Positions 39,155 to 49,310 are shown, numbered from the stretch's first letter. The stretch: 64,000 bases of DNA from Candidatus Latescibacterota bacterium (GCA_965215195.1 CBDCDC010000002.1:4384001-4448000); one strand, 5' to 3'. Program-made: numbers and translations. The notes: generated from the letters alone by a model not told the origin.

Positions 39155-39793
39155 GAGCGAGTCTCCTTTTAATAAAAAAATAAAAATTGGGAGCGGATAG
39201 TTGACAATTCGCAATTCGCAATTCCTAAATGGACTGAGCAGATCGCGATACAATTCTAATAATAGCGGCGTAAGGCCCCCAGCCGGAAACGGCAGATTAT
39301 AGGGCTTAGGGGGCCAATGATACATTCTTGGGCAAAGATCACCAAAAAGTTATCGAATCAGCCTCATGTATGTAGTGGGTGCGTTTTAATTTTTTGGGAC
39401 GTTCGGCTTCTTTATCCGGGGACTGAAATTTTCAACCATTCCTTGATTTATATTCACGTTTACTTATAATTAAAAGCCGTGAGAGTTCGCATTTTTCTTT
39501 TAGGCTTATGGTAAAACGTGCGGTGTCCCGAATATCCTACTGATTCTCGACTTGTTAAAAAACAGTAACTTACCCTCCTCTCCCCTCAAAATTTCTCTCG
39601 AGCGCGTAGCACTAGATTCTCTACTGTTCAAACACCGGCGATGGCTCCCAAGCACCCGTTTGGCGATCCGTCCCGACCCTCGCCGCCTGCTGTTCGTGCG
39701 GCATTCGTCTGTACGTCGTGACCGTCGCCTGTCAAGGCGGCCGGTTCCTGTTCTTTTTTATCTAACCCTTTATTTAATAGAAGGAGACAAACA

Positions 39794-41665
39794 ATGCCGT
39801 TATGGAAGCGAATAAACGCCCTGCTGGTCGTCGTTTTAGGCGTGGCGGCCTGTTCGGACCCGCCGGTCGCGCCGGTGCCGGCGGGCAAAGCCCTCGGGCA
39901 GGCCGAGGCCGATAGCACGCAGTCGGACGCTGCGACCGATAGCCCCGCGCTAGAAGTCGGCTCGTTTGCCGATGCCAACTTGGAGCTTGCGGTGCGGCGG
40001 ACACTGAACAAACTCGAAGGCCCGCTGACCGCCGACGATCTGGCGTCCCTGACGAAGCTCGACGTAGAGCGGCAAGATGTTTCAGGCATTGAGAGCTTGG
40101 CCGGCCTCGAACACGCGACAGCACTGGACACGCTGAGTCTGTGGGGCAACCAGATTGTGGATTTGAGTCCGTTGGCAGGCTTGACCCAGCTAACCTACCT
40201 GAACTTGGGGGATAATAAGGTGGCGGATGTAGGTCCGTTGTCGGGGTTGACCAGCTTGCAATGGCTGAGTCTGTGGGGCAATGAGGTGGCGGACGTGAGT
40301 GCGTTGTCGGGGTTGACCAAGCTGACCTACCTGAACCTGTGGGGCAACGCGATTGAAGCGGTGAGTGCGTTGTCGGGGTTGACCAAGCTGACCTCGCTGG
40401 ACTTGGGGCACAACGAGGTGGTGGATGTGGGTCCGTTGGACAGCCTGACCCGGCTCGACTGGCTGGGCTTGGAGGGCAATCCCATCGGCCAACGGGACCG
40501 CGCCGAACCGGAGCCGGAGCCGACATTGCCGCCAACACCAACGGAGCCGGAGCCGCCACCGCCGCCGCCACCAACGGAGCCGGAGCCGCCACCGCCGCCG
40601 CCACCAACGGAGCCGGAGCCGCCACCGCCGCCGCCACCAACGGAGCCGGAGCCGCCACCGCCGCCGCCACCAACGGAGCCGGAGCCGCCACCGCCGCCGC
40701 CACCAACGGAGCCGGAGCCGCCACCGCCGCCACCACCAACGGAGCCGGAGCCGCCACCGCCGCCACCGCCGCCACCACCGCCGCCACCACCGCCGCCACC
40801 ACCGCCGCCGCCACTGGGACTGCAATCGCCAAATTCCCCTCTTGTACTCGTCGTTGAGCTGCCGTTTAGTATAACGCTACGAGAAGCCTCGGGGGGGATC
40901 CCGCCACTGGTCTATTCCGTGTCGGGGATTCCCGACGGGTCCGGGTCGTCGTTTAATCGGAGAACGCGGACGATTTCGGGTACGCCCACGGCGGAAAGTG
41001 AGGCTGTTGACATTACCTACACGGTTACGGACGCCGACGGTGCTTCTGTTTCGGTGACGTTCCGCATGAAGGTTGTCTCGTTCGTCGACCCCAATCTGAG
41101 GGCGGAGGTGAAGAGGATGCTGGGGCTTACTTACGCCCAATATCTGACGACCATAACGCAGCTCGAAGCTTATGAGCGAAACATTCAGAGCGCGGCCGGC
41201 CTCGAACACGTTAGGGGGCTGACTTCGCTGAACCTGCGGCGCAACGCGATTACGGATGTGAGTCCGTTGTCGAGCCTGACCAAATTGAATGTGCTGGACC
41301 TGCGAGAAAACCCGGCTCTTGCGGATGTGAGTCCGTTGTTGGGCCTGACCAAATTGAGCTTGCTGGCCTTGGCTGGCACGGCCGTTACGGATGCGGGGGT
41401 GGCTTCGTTGGCGAACAGCCTGACCAACCTGACATGGGTGCATCTGGAGGATACGGCCATTACGGATGTGGGGGTGGCTTCGTTGGCGAACCTGACCAAA
41501 TTGCAGACGCTGGTTCTGGATCGCACCGCGATTACGGATGTGAGTCCGTTGTTGAGCCTGACCGAATTGGAAGATCTGTGGCTGCATGGCACTTCTCTCA
41601 ATGACGAGTCAATCAACACGCACATCCCCGCCCTCGAAGCAAGAGGCGTTACTGTACGTCGATAA
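39794..41665 (+). CDS. Internalin-like leucine-rich-repeat lipoprotein with Pro-rich linker and putative Ig (He_PIG-like) domain
   Basis: RBS aaggag; lipobox VAAC; two F.D.NL...VR caps each followed by 22-aa LRRs; GG.PPL.YSVSGIP.G..F...TRTISGTP. Confidence 0.9.
   Translation: MPLWKRINALLVVVLGVAACSDPPVAPVPAGKALGQAEADSTQSDAATDSPALEVGSFADANLELAVRRTLNKLEGPLTADDLASLTKLDVERQDVSGIESLAGLEHATALDTLSLWGNQIVDLSPLAGLTQLTYLNLGDNKVADVGPLSGLTSLQWLSLWGNEVADVSALSGLTKLTYLNLWGNAIEAVSALSGLTKLTSLDLGHNEVVDVGPLDSLTRLDWLGLEGNPIGQRDRAEPEPEPTLPPTPTEPEPPPPPPPTEPEPPPPPPPTEPEPPPPPPPTEPEPPPPPPPTEPEPPPPPPPTEPEPPPPPPPTEPEPPPPPPPPPPPPPPPPPPPPPLGLQSPNSPLVLVVELPFSITLREASGGIPPLVYSVSGIPDGSGSSFNRRTRTISGTPTAESEAVDITYTVTDADGASVSVTFRMKVVSFVDPNLRAEVKRMLGLTYAQYLTTITQLEAYERNIQSAAGLEHVRGLTSLNLRRNAITDVSPLSSLTKLNVLDLRENPALADVSPLLGLTKLSLLALAGTAVTDAGVASLANSLTNLTWVHLEDTAITDVGVASLANLTKLQTLVLDRTAITDVSPLLSLTELEDLWLHGTSLNDESINTHIPALEARGVTVRR
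40538..40813 (+). repeat. Intragenic 33-bp tandem repeat x7 plus poly-Pro run
   Basis: ccaacggagccggagccgccaccgccgccgcca starting at 40538, 40571, 40604, 40637, 40670, 40703 and 40736; encodes (PTEPEPPPPPP)7. Confidence 0.95.
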
Positions 41666-41668
41666 TGT

Positions 41669-42895
41669 ATGGCGCATATCAACGATCACTACCTCAAGCT
41701 CAAAGCCGGTTACCTCTTTCCAGAAATCGCCCGTCGGGTCGATGCGTTTGCCGCCGCTCACCCCCAAGCCGACGTGATCCGCTTGGGGATCGGCGACGTG
41801 GTCAAGGGCATACCGCGGCCCATCGTCGATGCGATGAAAGAAGCCGTCGAGGAAATGGCTCACGACGACACCTTACAAGGCTATCCGCCCGACCAAGGTC
41901 AGGAATTTTTGCGTGCAGCCATTGCCGAGCACGACTTTGGCGCACGCGGCGTGTGCGTTCACAGCGACGAGATTTTTATCTCCGACGGCTCTAAGTGCGA
42001 CTCGGGCAATGTGCAGGAAATTTTCGCCGGCGATTGCGTAGTTGCGCTGACCGATCCGGTCTATCCGGTGTACTGCGATTCCAACGTCATGGCCGGCCGC
42101 ACCGGCCGAGCCGACGCGAGCGGTTCGTACGCCGGCTTGATCTACATGCCGTGTACGGCCGCCAATGGCTTCGTGCCGGACCTGCCCGCCGGCCACGTCG
42201 ATCTGATCTACTTGTGCTCGCCCAACAACCCGACGGGCGCGGTGATGACCCGCGCCGCCTTGGCCCGCTGGGTCGCATACGCCCGTCGCGAGCAGGCCGT
42301 CATTTTGTTTGACGCGGCCTACGAGAGCTACATCACCGATCCGGCGATCCCGCACTCTATCTACGAGGTCGAAGGTGCCCGAGAGGTGGCCATTGAGTTT
42401 CGCAGTTTTTCCAAAAACGCCGGCTTTACCGGCCTGCGCTGCGGGTACACTGTGGTGCCAAAGGAGCTTACGGGCCGTGCGGCCTCGGGCGAGGAAGTGG
42501 ACCTGCATCGGCTGTGGGCGCGCCGGCACTCGACCAAGTTCAACGGCGTGGCGTACCCGGTGCAGCGCGGTGCGGCGGCCGCGTACACCCCGGCCGGCCG
42601 GCAGGGCATTGCCGAGCGGGTTGCGTTCTACATGGAAAATGCCGCGATCATGCGCCAGCAGTTGGGGGCGGCCGGGCTTGCCGTGCATGGGGGCGAGCAC
42701 GCGCCCTATTTGTGGGTGGCCACGCCCGACGGGCAAGACAGTTGGACCTACTTTGACTCCTTGCTCGACAAGGCCCACATCGTCGGCACGCCGGGTGCGG
42801 GTTTTGGCGCGGCCGGCGAGGGATACTTGCGCCTGTCGGCCTTCAATCACCGCGACCGCATCGAAGAGGCCATGGCGCGGATTAGCCAGCGCTAG
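41669..42895 (+). CDS. dapL: LL-diaminopimelate aminotransferase
   Basis: [43 protein letters not shown]. Confidence 0.96.
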   Translation: MAHINDHYLKLKAGYLFPEIARRVDAFAAAHPQADVIRLGIGDVVKGIPRPIVDAMKEAVEEMAHDDTLQGYPPDQGQEFLRAAIAEHDFGARGVCVHSDEIFISDGSKCDSGNVQEIFAGDCVVALTDPVYPVYCDSNVMAGRTGRADASGSYAGLIYMPCTAANGFVPDLPAGHVDLIYLCSPNNPTGAVMTRAALARWVAYARREQAVILFDAAYESYITDPAIPHSIYEVEGAREVAIEFRSFSKNAGFTGLRCGYTVVPKELTGRAASGEEVDLHRLWARRHSTKFNGVAYPVQRGAAAAYTPAGRQGIAERVAFYMENAAIMRQQLGAAGLAVHGGEHAPYLWVATPDGQDSWTYFDSLLDKAHIVGTPGAGFGAAGEGYLRLSAFNHRDRIEEAMARISQR

Positions 42896-42916
42896 GCCCG
42901 CGTCTCATCCTTCCTT

Positions 42917-42963
42917 ACTGACGTTACGCACCGTTCAGGCCCCCACCCGTGCGTAACGTCAGT
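42917..42963. repeat. 15-bp perfect inverted repeat downstream of dapL
   Basis: actgacgttacgcac (42917-42931) / gtgcgtaacgtcagt (42949-42963); the same arm recurs at about 59850-59867. Confidence 0.85.
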
Positions 42964-43004
42964 TCCTTATGTTTGCGACAATTCCGCTAAAAAATGGTTA
43001 CATA

Positions 43005-43033
43005 TTGACTCGCCACCAGCGATTCATTAGATT
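43005..43033 (+). promoter_or_regulatory. sigma70 promoter of the RHH-nadA operon with candidate operator repeats
   Basis: TTGACT-N17-TAGATT; TTACATAT direct repeats at 42998-43005 and 43032-43039; palindrome TTTTATATAAAA at 43050-43061. Confidence 0.6.
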
Positions 43034-43074
43034 ACATATATTCATTAAATTTTATATAAAAAATAAATAATTTC

Positions 43075-43284
43075 ATGCCAACCAAAGATCAGAGTCGCCG
43101 GGCCAAAGTGCGAACTTTTTCGGCGCCCGACAGGGATCACGAGATGCTCGACGCGATTGCCCGCTATCACGGCAGCAGCAAAAGTGCCATGATCGCCGGC
43201 CTCATTCGCAAGGAGTTTTGGCGCGTTTTTCCCAACGGCACCGAGACCATCCCCCCGGACGAAGGAGCGCAAGTCAAGCCATGA
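43075..43284 (+). CDS. Small ribbon-helix-helix (CopG-like) DNA-binding protein
   Basis: VRTFS (beta strand), HEMLDAIARYHG (helix), SKSAMIAGLIRKEF (helix); stop overlaps the nadA ATG (ATGA). Confidence 0.7.
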   Translation: MPTKDQSRRAKVRTFSAPDRDHEMLDAIARYHGSSKSAMIAGLIRKEFWRVFPNGTETIPPDEGAQVKP

Positions 43285-44261
43285 CCTACTCACAGACGCT
43301 CGCCCCAGCCGAGTACTATAGCGACCTGCCCGCCGAGGAGCTCATCGCCCAGATCGACCGCTTGCGCCGCGAGAAAAACGCGGTCATCCTCGCGCACAAC
43401 TATCAGATCCCCCCGATCCAAGACTTGGCCGACTTTACGGGTGATTCGCTCGGGCTGTCGGTGGAAGCCGCCCAGGCGGATGCCGAGCGCATCGTCTTTT
43501 GCGGTGTGCATTTCATGGCCGAGTCGGCCAAAATCCTCAGCCCCGACAAGCAGGTGTTCTTGCCCCATTTAGGCGCGGGCTGTTCGCTGGCCGACTCCAT
43601 CACCCCGGAAAGCCTCGACGATTGGAAAGCGGACTATCCCGACCACGCGGTGGTGACGTATGTCAACTCCACGGCCGAGGTGAAGGCCGAGTCCGACATC
43701 TGCTGCACTTCGGCCAACGCCGTCTCGGTGGTGCGCAGCCTCAATAGCGACAAGATCCTCTTTACGCCCGACCGCAACTTGGGCCGCTGGGTGGCCGAGC
43801 AGGTACCGGAGAAAGAGGTCGTCGTGTACGACGGCGCTTGCCCAACGCACGACGTGCTGCGCGCTGCCAGCGTTGAGCGCACCCGCACGGAGTTCCCCGA
43901 GGCCGTCATCATCGCGCACCCGGAATGCCGCGAGGACGTGGTCGAAATCGCGCACGAAGTGTGCTCGACCACCGGGATGCTCAAGGCCGTAGAAAAGTAT
44001 CCCGAGGCCAAGAGCTTCATCATCGCCACGGAAAACGGCATGTTGCACCAGCTCCGGCAGCGCTTCCCGCACCAAGAATTCGTAGCGGCTGACGGCTGCA
44101 TTGGCTGCCGGCTGCACTGCCCCTACATGAAAATCACCGACTTGCAAGACGTGTACTTTTCGCTGCTATACGAGCGCTACGAAATCACCTTGGACGACGA
44201 GGTGATTGTGGGGGCGCGGCGGGCGTTGGAGCGGATGATGGCCGTGCCGAGGGACAACTGA
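43281..44261 (+). CDS. nadA: Quinolinate synthase
   Basis: ILAHNYQ, GDSLGLS, FCGVHFMAESAKIL, GCSLAD, YVNS.AEVKA, AHPEC, CPYMK. Confidence 0.97.
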   Translation: MTYSQTLAPAEYYSDLPAEELIAQIDRLRREKNAVILAHNYQIPPIQDLADFTGDSLGLSVEAAQADAERIVFCGVHFMAESAKILSPDKQVFLPHLGAGCSLADSITPESLDDWKADYPDHAVVTYVNSTAEVKAESDICCTSANAVSVVRSLNSDKILFTPDRNLGRWVAEQVPEKEVVVYDGACPTHDVLRAASVERTRTEFPEAVIIAHPECREDVVEIAHEVCSTTGMLKAVEKYPEAKSFIIATENGMLHQLRQRFPHQEFVAADGCIGCRLHCPYMKITDLQDVYFSLLYERYEITLDDEVIVGARRALERMMAVPRDN

Positions 44262-44467
44262 GCTAACAGGGTGCTCACTTGTGGCGACGGAGAGATCGAG
44301 TCTCCTCTTCCAAAACGCCCGCGCCTTTGCCGCTCAAAGCTAGGTTGACGCCCTCGCTGTGTGCTGACAAACTATACCTTCATTTATTTTTCTATTTTTC
44401 CCATCAGCCCAGTTGGAATTGCGAATTGCGAATCGCTAGTTTGCAATTCGTCTTAATAGGAGCCTCC

Positions 44468-45451
44468 ATGACCGAACCCATTCGCTGGGGCATCCTCGGC
44501 CCGGGCAGCATTGCCCACAAATTTGCCGGCGGCCTCCAGGCCATTCCCGAAGGAGAGTTGGTCGCCGTTGGCTCGCGCGACCAGCAGCGCGCCGACACCT
44601 TTGCCGACCAGTACGGGGCCCCCAACCGCCACGCCTCGTACGAGGCCCTCAGTGCCGATCCCGACATCGACGCGGTGTACGTGGCTACCCCCCATCCCTT
44701 CCACAAAGACAATTCGATCCTCTGCCTCGAAGCTGGCAAGGCCGTGCTCTGCGAGAAGCCCTTTACCATCAACGCCGTCGAGGCCGAAGCTGTCGTCGCC
44801 TGCGCCCGCGCCAATGGCGTCTTTCTGATGGAGGCCATGTGGACCCGCTACCTGCCCATTATGGTGCAGGTGCGCCAGTGGCTTGACGCCGGGACCATCG
44901 GCGAGCCGCTCATGGTCAGTGCTGACTTTGGTTTTCGCGCGGGCATCAATCCCGCCGGCCGGCTTTTTAACCCCACTTTGGGCGGCGGTGCCCTGCTCGA
45001 CATCGGCATCTACGTCGTCTCCTTGGCGGCGATGGTTCTCGGGTCGCAACCAGCTCAGATCGCCGCGGCCGCGCACCTCGGCGAAACCGGCGTTGACGAG
45101 CGGACGGGCATCGTGCTCCGCTATAGCAGCGGTGCCATTGCCAACCTCTCCTGTGCCATCCGCGCTTCGACTCCCCACGAGGCCCGCATCGTCGGCAGCG
45201 AGGGGACGATTGCCATTGACCCTGCGTGGTGGAAAGGCGAAAGTGCCACGCTCAAAGCCGGGGACCGCAAAGAGCGCGTTGAGTTGCCCTTGGCCGGCAA
45301 TGGCTACAACTACGAGGCGCGAGAAGTCGCTCGTTGTCTCGGCGAAGGTCTAAAGGAGAGTGCGGTCACGCCGCTCGACGAAACCGTGGCGCTGATGCGG
45401 ATCCTCGACGAAATCCGCGCCCAGATCGGCTTGAAATACCCAATGGAATGA
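44468..45451 (+). CDS. Gfo/Idh/MocA oxidoreductase
   Basis: Start ATG 44468; IRWGILGPGSIA, VYVATPH, LCEKP, EAMWTR, GGGALLDIGIY. Confidence 0.93.
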   Translation: MTEPIRWGILGPGSIAHKFAGGLQAIPEGELVAVGSRDQQRADTFADQYGAPNRHASYEALSADPDIDAVYVATPHPFHKDNSILCLEAGKAVLCEKPFTINAVEAEAVVACARANGVFLMEAMWTRYLPIMVQVRQWLDAGTIGEPLMVSADFGFRAGINPAGRLFNPTLGGGALLDIGIYVVSLAAMVLGSQPAQIAAAAHLGETGVDERTGIVLRYSSGAIANLSCAIRASTPHEARIVGSEGTIAIDPAWWKGESATLKAGDRKERVELPLAGNGYNYEAREVARCLGEGLKESAVTPLDETVALMRILDEIRAQIGLKYPME

Positions 45452-45464
45452 AAGGAACGCACTC

Positions 45465-46433
45465 GTGCAATACGGCAACGTACAAGGTATCAAAAAGAAG
45501 GTCTCGCGCTTGGTTCAAGGCTGCATCATGCTCACCCGCCGCCGCAAGGAAGAAGGCTTTGCCCTGCTCGACGCCGCGTGGCAAGCCGGCATCGCGGCCT
45601 ATGATTCGGCGCACGGGTACGGCGGCGGCGAAGTGGATCGCATGCTCGGGTTGTGGATGGAGGAAAGGGGCAACCGCGATGAAATCGTCGTCATCGGCAA
45701 GGGCGCACACCTCAATCAAGACCGCAATCGCGTCACCCCGTACGACATCGCCTCGGACATGGCCGACTCGCTAGTGCGACTGCGCTCCGACTACATTGAC
45801 CTCTACCTTTTGCACCGCGACGACCCGGCGGTCCCGGTCGGCCCCATCGTCGAGGCACTCAACGAGCACCACGCGGCCGGCCGCATCCACGCGTTTGGCG
45901 GCTCGAACTGGACGCCGGAGCGCTTGGCCGAAGCCAATGAATACGCGGACCAACGCGGGCTCGTGCCTTTTGCGGCCTCCAGCCCGAACTTCAGCTTGGC
46001 GGATCAGATCGCCGAGCCGTGGAAGGATTGCCTGTCGATTGCCGGCCCGGGCCAAGCCGCCGCCCGCGCGTGGTACGCGGAGCGCGACATGCCGCTCTTT
46101 ACTTGGTCGAGCGTGGCCCGCGGCTTCTTCTCGGGCAAAATTACCCGCGCCAACGCCGAGCAAGTGCGCGACCAATTCGACAGCACCATGTCCAAATCGT
46201 ACTACTGCGAAGACAACTTTAAGCGGCTCGACCGCGCGTGGGCACTGGCCGAAGAAAAGGGGCTGTCGGTGCCGCAGATCGCCTTGTCGTACGTGCTTAG
46301 CTATCCGCTCAGCATCTACGCCTTGGTCGGCAGCATGAGCGGCGCTGAGATCGCGGCCAACGAGCAGGCCCTCGACAACCCGCTCACCGAGGCGGAGATG
46401 GCGTGGCTGGATTTGCGGAGTGAGGAGCGCTAA
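45465..46433 (+). CDS. Aldo/keto reductase
   Basis: DSAHGYG, SL.RL.SDYIDLYLLHRDD, FGGSNW. Confidence 0.92.
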   Translation: MQYGNVQGIKKKVSRLVQGCIMLTRRRKEEGFALLDAAWQAGIAAYDSAHGYGGGEVDRMLGLWMEERGNRDEIVVIGKGAHLNQDRNRVTPYDIASDMADSLVRLRSDYIDLYLLHRDDPAVPVGPIVEALNEHHAAGRIHAFGGSNWTPERLAEANEYADQRGLVPFAASSPNFSLADQIAEPWKDCLSIAGPGQAAARAWYAERDMPLFTWSSVARGFFSGKITRANAEQVRDQFDSTMSKSYYCEDNFKRLDRAWALAEEKGLSVPQIALSYVLSYPLSIYALVGSMSGAEIAANEQALDNPLTEAEMAWLDLRSEER

Positions 46434-47885
46434 ATGCGTCCCAATATCGTCGTCCTGATGTCCGACCAGCAGCGGCTCGACACGGTGAGCTGCTACGGGC
46501 TTAACGAGGTCTGCCAGACGCCGCACATCGACGCCTTGGCCGCCCGCGGCGTCCGCTTTGACTCGGCCTTCACGCCGACCGCGATCTGCTCGCCGGCCCG
46601 CGCTTCCTTTTACACGGGCCTCTATCCGCACAAGCACGGCGTAACCGCCAACGGCCTGTGCCTGCGCGAAGGTGTGCGCGGGTTAAATCACTATCTGGCC
46701 GAGATCGGCTATCGCTGCGGGTACGCTGGCAAGTGGCACGTAGATGAGCAGACCGGCCCTACGGGCTACGGGTTCACCGGCCAGGACTTCATGGGCTACG
46801 CCTTTCCGGGGGCCGACCTGCTCCCCGGCCTGCAGTTCGGTGCTAAACCGCGCGGCCACAATCCCTACGCCGATTATCTCAAGGAGCGCGGCTTTGACCC
46901 GCCGCCGGTCTCGCACCGCTTTGTCGGCACCAACCCTTCGAATCAGGCGCAGGAGATGTTCGCATTGCACGAGGGGCCGCTCGAGTCGTGCATTGAGTAT
47001 TTCGTGGCCGAGGAAGCCATTCGCGTCCTCGACGAAGTGGCCGCTGATGAGCAGCCTTTCTTTCTTTGGGCCAACTTCTGGGGGCCGCACAGCCCCTCGC
47101 TGGTTCCGGAACCGTACTTTTCCATGTACGATCCAAAGGCCATTCCCGAACACCCCGGGTACGCCGAGACCTTTGAGAAAAAGCCCTATCGCCAGCAATT
47201 GATCGAACGCCTGTGGGGGTTGGGGGACTACGGCTGGGCGGGGTTTCAGGAAATCGCCGCCCGCTACTTTGGGCACTGTACGCTCATCGACGACATGGTG
47301 GGCCGGGTGGTGGCTCACTTGGAACAATTGGGCGTCCTCGACGACACCATCATCGTCTATACCTCGGATCACGGCGACTGCCTCGGCGCGCACAAGCTGA
47401 TCGAGAAGGGCGAGTTCATGTACGACGAGATCTACCGCATCCCGCTCGTCGTGGCCCACCCCGCCTGTCAGGCCCCCGGCACGGCCTGCGACGAGTTCGT
47501 CTATCTGCACGAAATCATGCTCTCGGCGCTCGACGCGGCCGGTGTCGAAGTTCCCTCCGCCCTTGACGGCGCGTCCTTTCTCCCGGCCATAGAGGGCCGT
47601 CCGTTTGCAAACGGCCGCGAGGAAGTGTACTGCGTGTTCGACCGCCATTTTACGGTCGCCAACCAGCGCATGGTCCGCACCCGCACCCATCAATTCACCT
47701 TTAATTCGGGCGACCCGGGCGAGCTGTACGACTTGCAACGCGACCCCTATCAGCTCGACAACGCGTACGGCGATCCGGCGTATGAAGCCGTGCGCCAAGA
47801 CTTGATGGGGCGGATGGACCGCTACATGGAGGAATTGGGCGACCCATTGCGCGGGTGGTTTGGGCGGATTAAGGGGGCGTATTGA
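46434..47885 (+). CDS. Cys-type sulfatase
   Basis: PNIVVLMSDQQR, CSPARAS..TG, GKWH, SDHGD, ELYDL..DPYQL.N. Confidence 0.93.
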   Translation: MRPNIVVLMSDQQRLDTVSCYGLNEVCQTPHIDALAARGVRFDSAFTPTAICSPARASFYTGLYPHKHGVTANGLCLREGVRGLNHYLAEIGYRCGYAGKWHVDEQTGPTGYGFTGQDFMGYAFPGADLLPGLQFGAKPRGHNPYADYLKERGFDPPPVSHRFVGTNPSNQAQEMFALHEGPLESCIEYFVAEEAIRVLDEVAADEQPFFLWANFWGPHSPSLVPEPYFSMYDPKAIPEHPGYAETFEKKPYRQQLIERLWGLGDYGWAGFQEIAARYFGHCTLIDDMVGRVVAHLEQLGVLDDTIIVYTSDHGDCLGAHKLIEKGEFMYDEIYRIPLVVAHPACQAPGTACDEFVYLHEIMLSALDAAGVEVPSALDGASFLPAIEGRPFANGREEVYCVFDRHFTVANQRMVRTRTHQFTFNSGDPGELYDLQRDPYQLDNAYGDPAYEAVRQDLMGRMDRYMEELGDPLRGWFGRIKGAY

Positions 47886-47992
47886 CGGGCGCGGATAGGC
47901 TCAATGGCCTACATTTTCGCCGTGTATTTGCCAAGTAGAGGCGACTTCTGCATATCTATTGACGCCCTACATTCCCCACGAGGAGGTGTTAG

Positions 47993-49279
47993 ATGGAAAT
48001 GTTCCTGACCTTCGCCCTAGTTTTTGCTGTGTTGCTCGTCGTGGTCATCGTCATCGTCAGGACGAACCTCTTTATCTGCCAGCCCAACGAGGTCATCATT
48101 TTTTCGGGCCGCAAGCGCCAGACGGCCGACGGTCGGGCGGTGGGCTACCGCGTAATTAAGGGGGGCCGCGCCTTTCGCATCCCGCTCCTCGAAAAGGTCG
48201 ATCGCCTCGACTTGCGGACGATTCCCCTCGAAGTATCGATCACCAACGCGTATTCCAAAGGCGGCATCCCCCTGTCGGTGCAAGGCATCGCCAATATCAA
48301 GATCGCCGGCGACGAGCCCCTGCTCGGCAACGCGCTAGAGCGATTCTTGGGCATCCAGCTCGCCGAGGTCCAAGACATTGCCAAAGATACGCTCGAAGGC
48401 AACCTGCGCGGCGTCCTCGCCACCCTGACCCCGGAAGAAGTCAACGAGGACCGCCTCAAGTTCGCCCAATCGCTCATCGGCGAAGCGGACGTCGATTTGC
48501 AGAAGCTAGGCCTAGTGCTCGACACGCTCAAAATCCAGAACGTCACCGACGAGGTTGGCTATCTCGACGCTATCGGCCGCAAGAGCACGGCCGCGGTTCT
48601 CAAAGAAGCCGAAATCGCCGAGGCCGAAAACCGCGCCGAATCACAGGAGAAATCCGCCGAGGCCCGCCGTCGCGGCGAGGTCGCTGACGCCGAGGCTCAG
48701 GTCCAGATCGTCGATGCACAAAACACGCTCCGGGTCCGCAAGGCCGAGTTGGAAGGCGAGGGCTTGGCCGCGGAGAAACGCGCCGCGCAAGTTGCCCGCA
48801 AAGCCGAAGTCCAGGCCGAGCAGCAGGTTGAGCAGGAGCGCCTAGCACTGCAAAAGCGCCGGCTCGAAATTGAAGTCATTGAACCGGCCCGCGCCGACCG
48901 CGACGCAGCCGAGCTGCGCGCCAAGGGCGAGGCCGCCAACATCCTCGAAAACGGCCTCGCCGAGATCGAGGTACTCAAACAGAAAAACGAGGTCTGGACC
49001 ATTGCTGGCCCCAACGGCAAGGAGCTGTTGTTGATCCAGATGCTGCCGAATTTGGTCGAGCAAATCACCGCCATGGCCAAGGACATCAAAATTGACCACC
49101 TCGCGGTCGTCGATTCCGGCAATGGCGGTCAGAGCGGCCTGCCGGCGGTCGTCAACCAGATTGGGACGCTGGCTCCTGCGCTCTTCGAGAGCATCAAGGC
49201 CACTACCGGCGTTGATCTGGCCTCGGTCGTCGCTGCCAAGGCCGACGGGCAGGTCCCGACGCAGGAAGCCACCCGCTAA
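47993..49279 (+). CDS. Flotillin (SPFH domain)
   Basis: N-terminal TM; GGRAFRIP, SKGGIPLSV, LEGNLRGVL; EA-rich coiled coil. Confidence 0.92.
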   Translation: MEMFLTFALVFAVLLVVVIVIVRTNLFICQPNEVIIFSGRKRQTADGRAVGYRVIKGGRAFRIPLLEKVDRLDLRTIPLEVSITNAYSKGGIPLSVQGIANIKIAGDEPLLGNALERFLGIQLAEVQDIAKDTLEGNLRGVLATLTPEEVNEDRLKFAQSLIGEADVDLQKLGLVLDTLKIQNVTDEVGYLDAIGRKSTAAVLKEAEIAEAENRAESQEKSAEARRRGEVADAEAQVQIVDAQNTLRVRKAELEGEGLAAEKRAAQVARKAEVQAEQQVEQERLALQKRRLEIEVIEPARADRDAAELRAKGEAANILENGLAEIEVLKQKNEVWTIAGPNGKELLLIQMLPNLVEQITAMAKDIKIDHLAVVDSGNGGQSGLPAVVNQIGTLAPALFESIKATTGVDLASVVAAKADGQVPTQEATR

Positions 49280-49310
49280 AGCAGGTGGTTTTTAACGGGC
49301 AGGGTTTTCT

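Noticed and set aside
39250-39790. Riboswitch or ncRNA upstream of the LRR gene
   Set aside because: No consensus I can recognise; needs an Infernal/Rfam scan.
39774-40832. Minus-strand ORFs 39774-40832 (Ala/Val repeat) and 40190-40825 (Arg/Trp repeat)
   Set aside because: Shadows of the Pro-rich repeat; the plus-strand LRR gene has an RBS, lipobox and recognisable domains.
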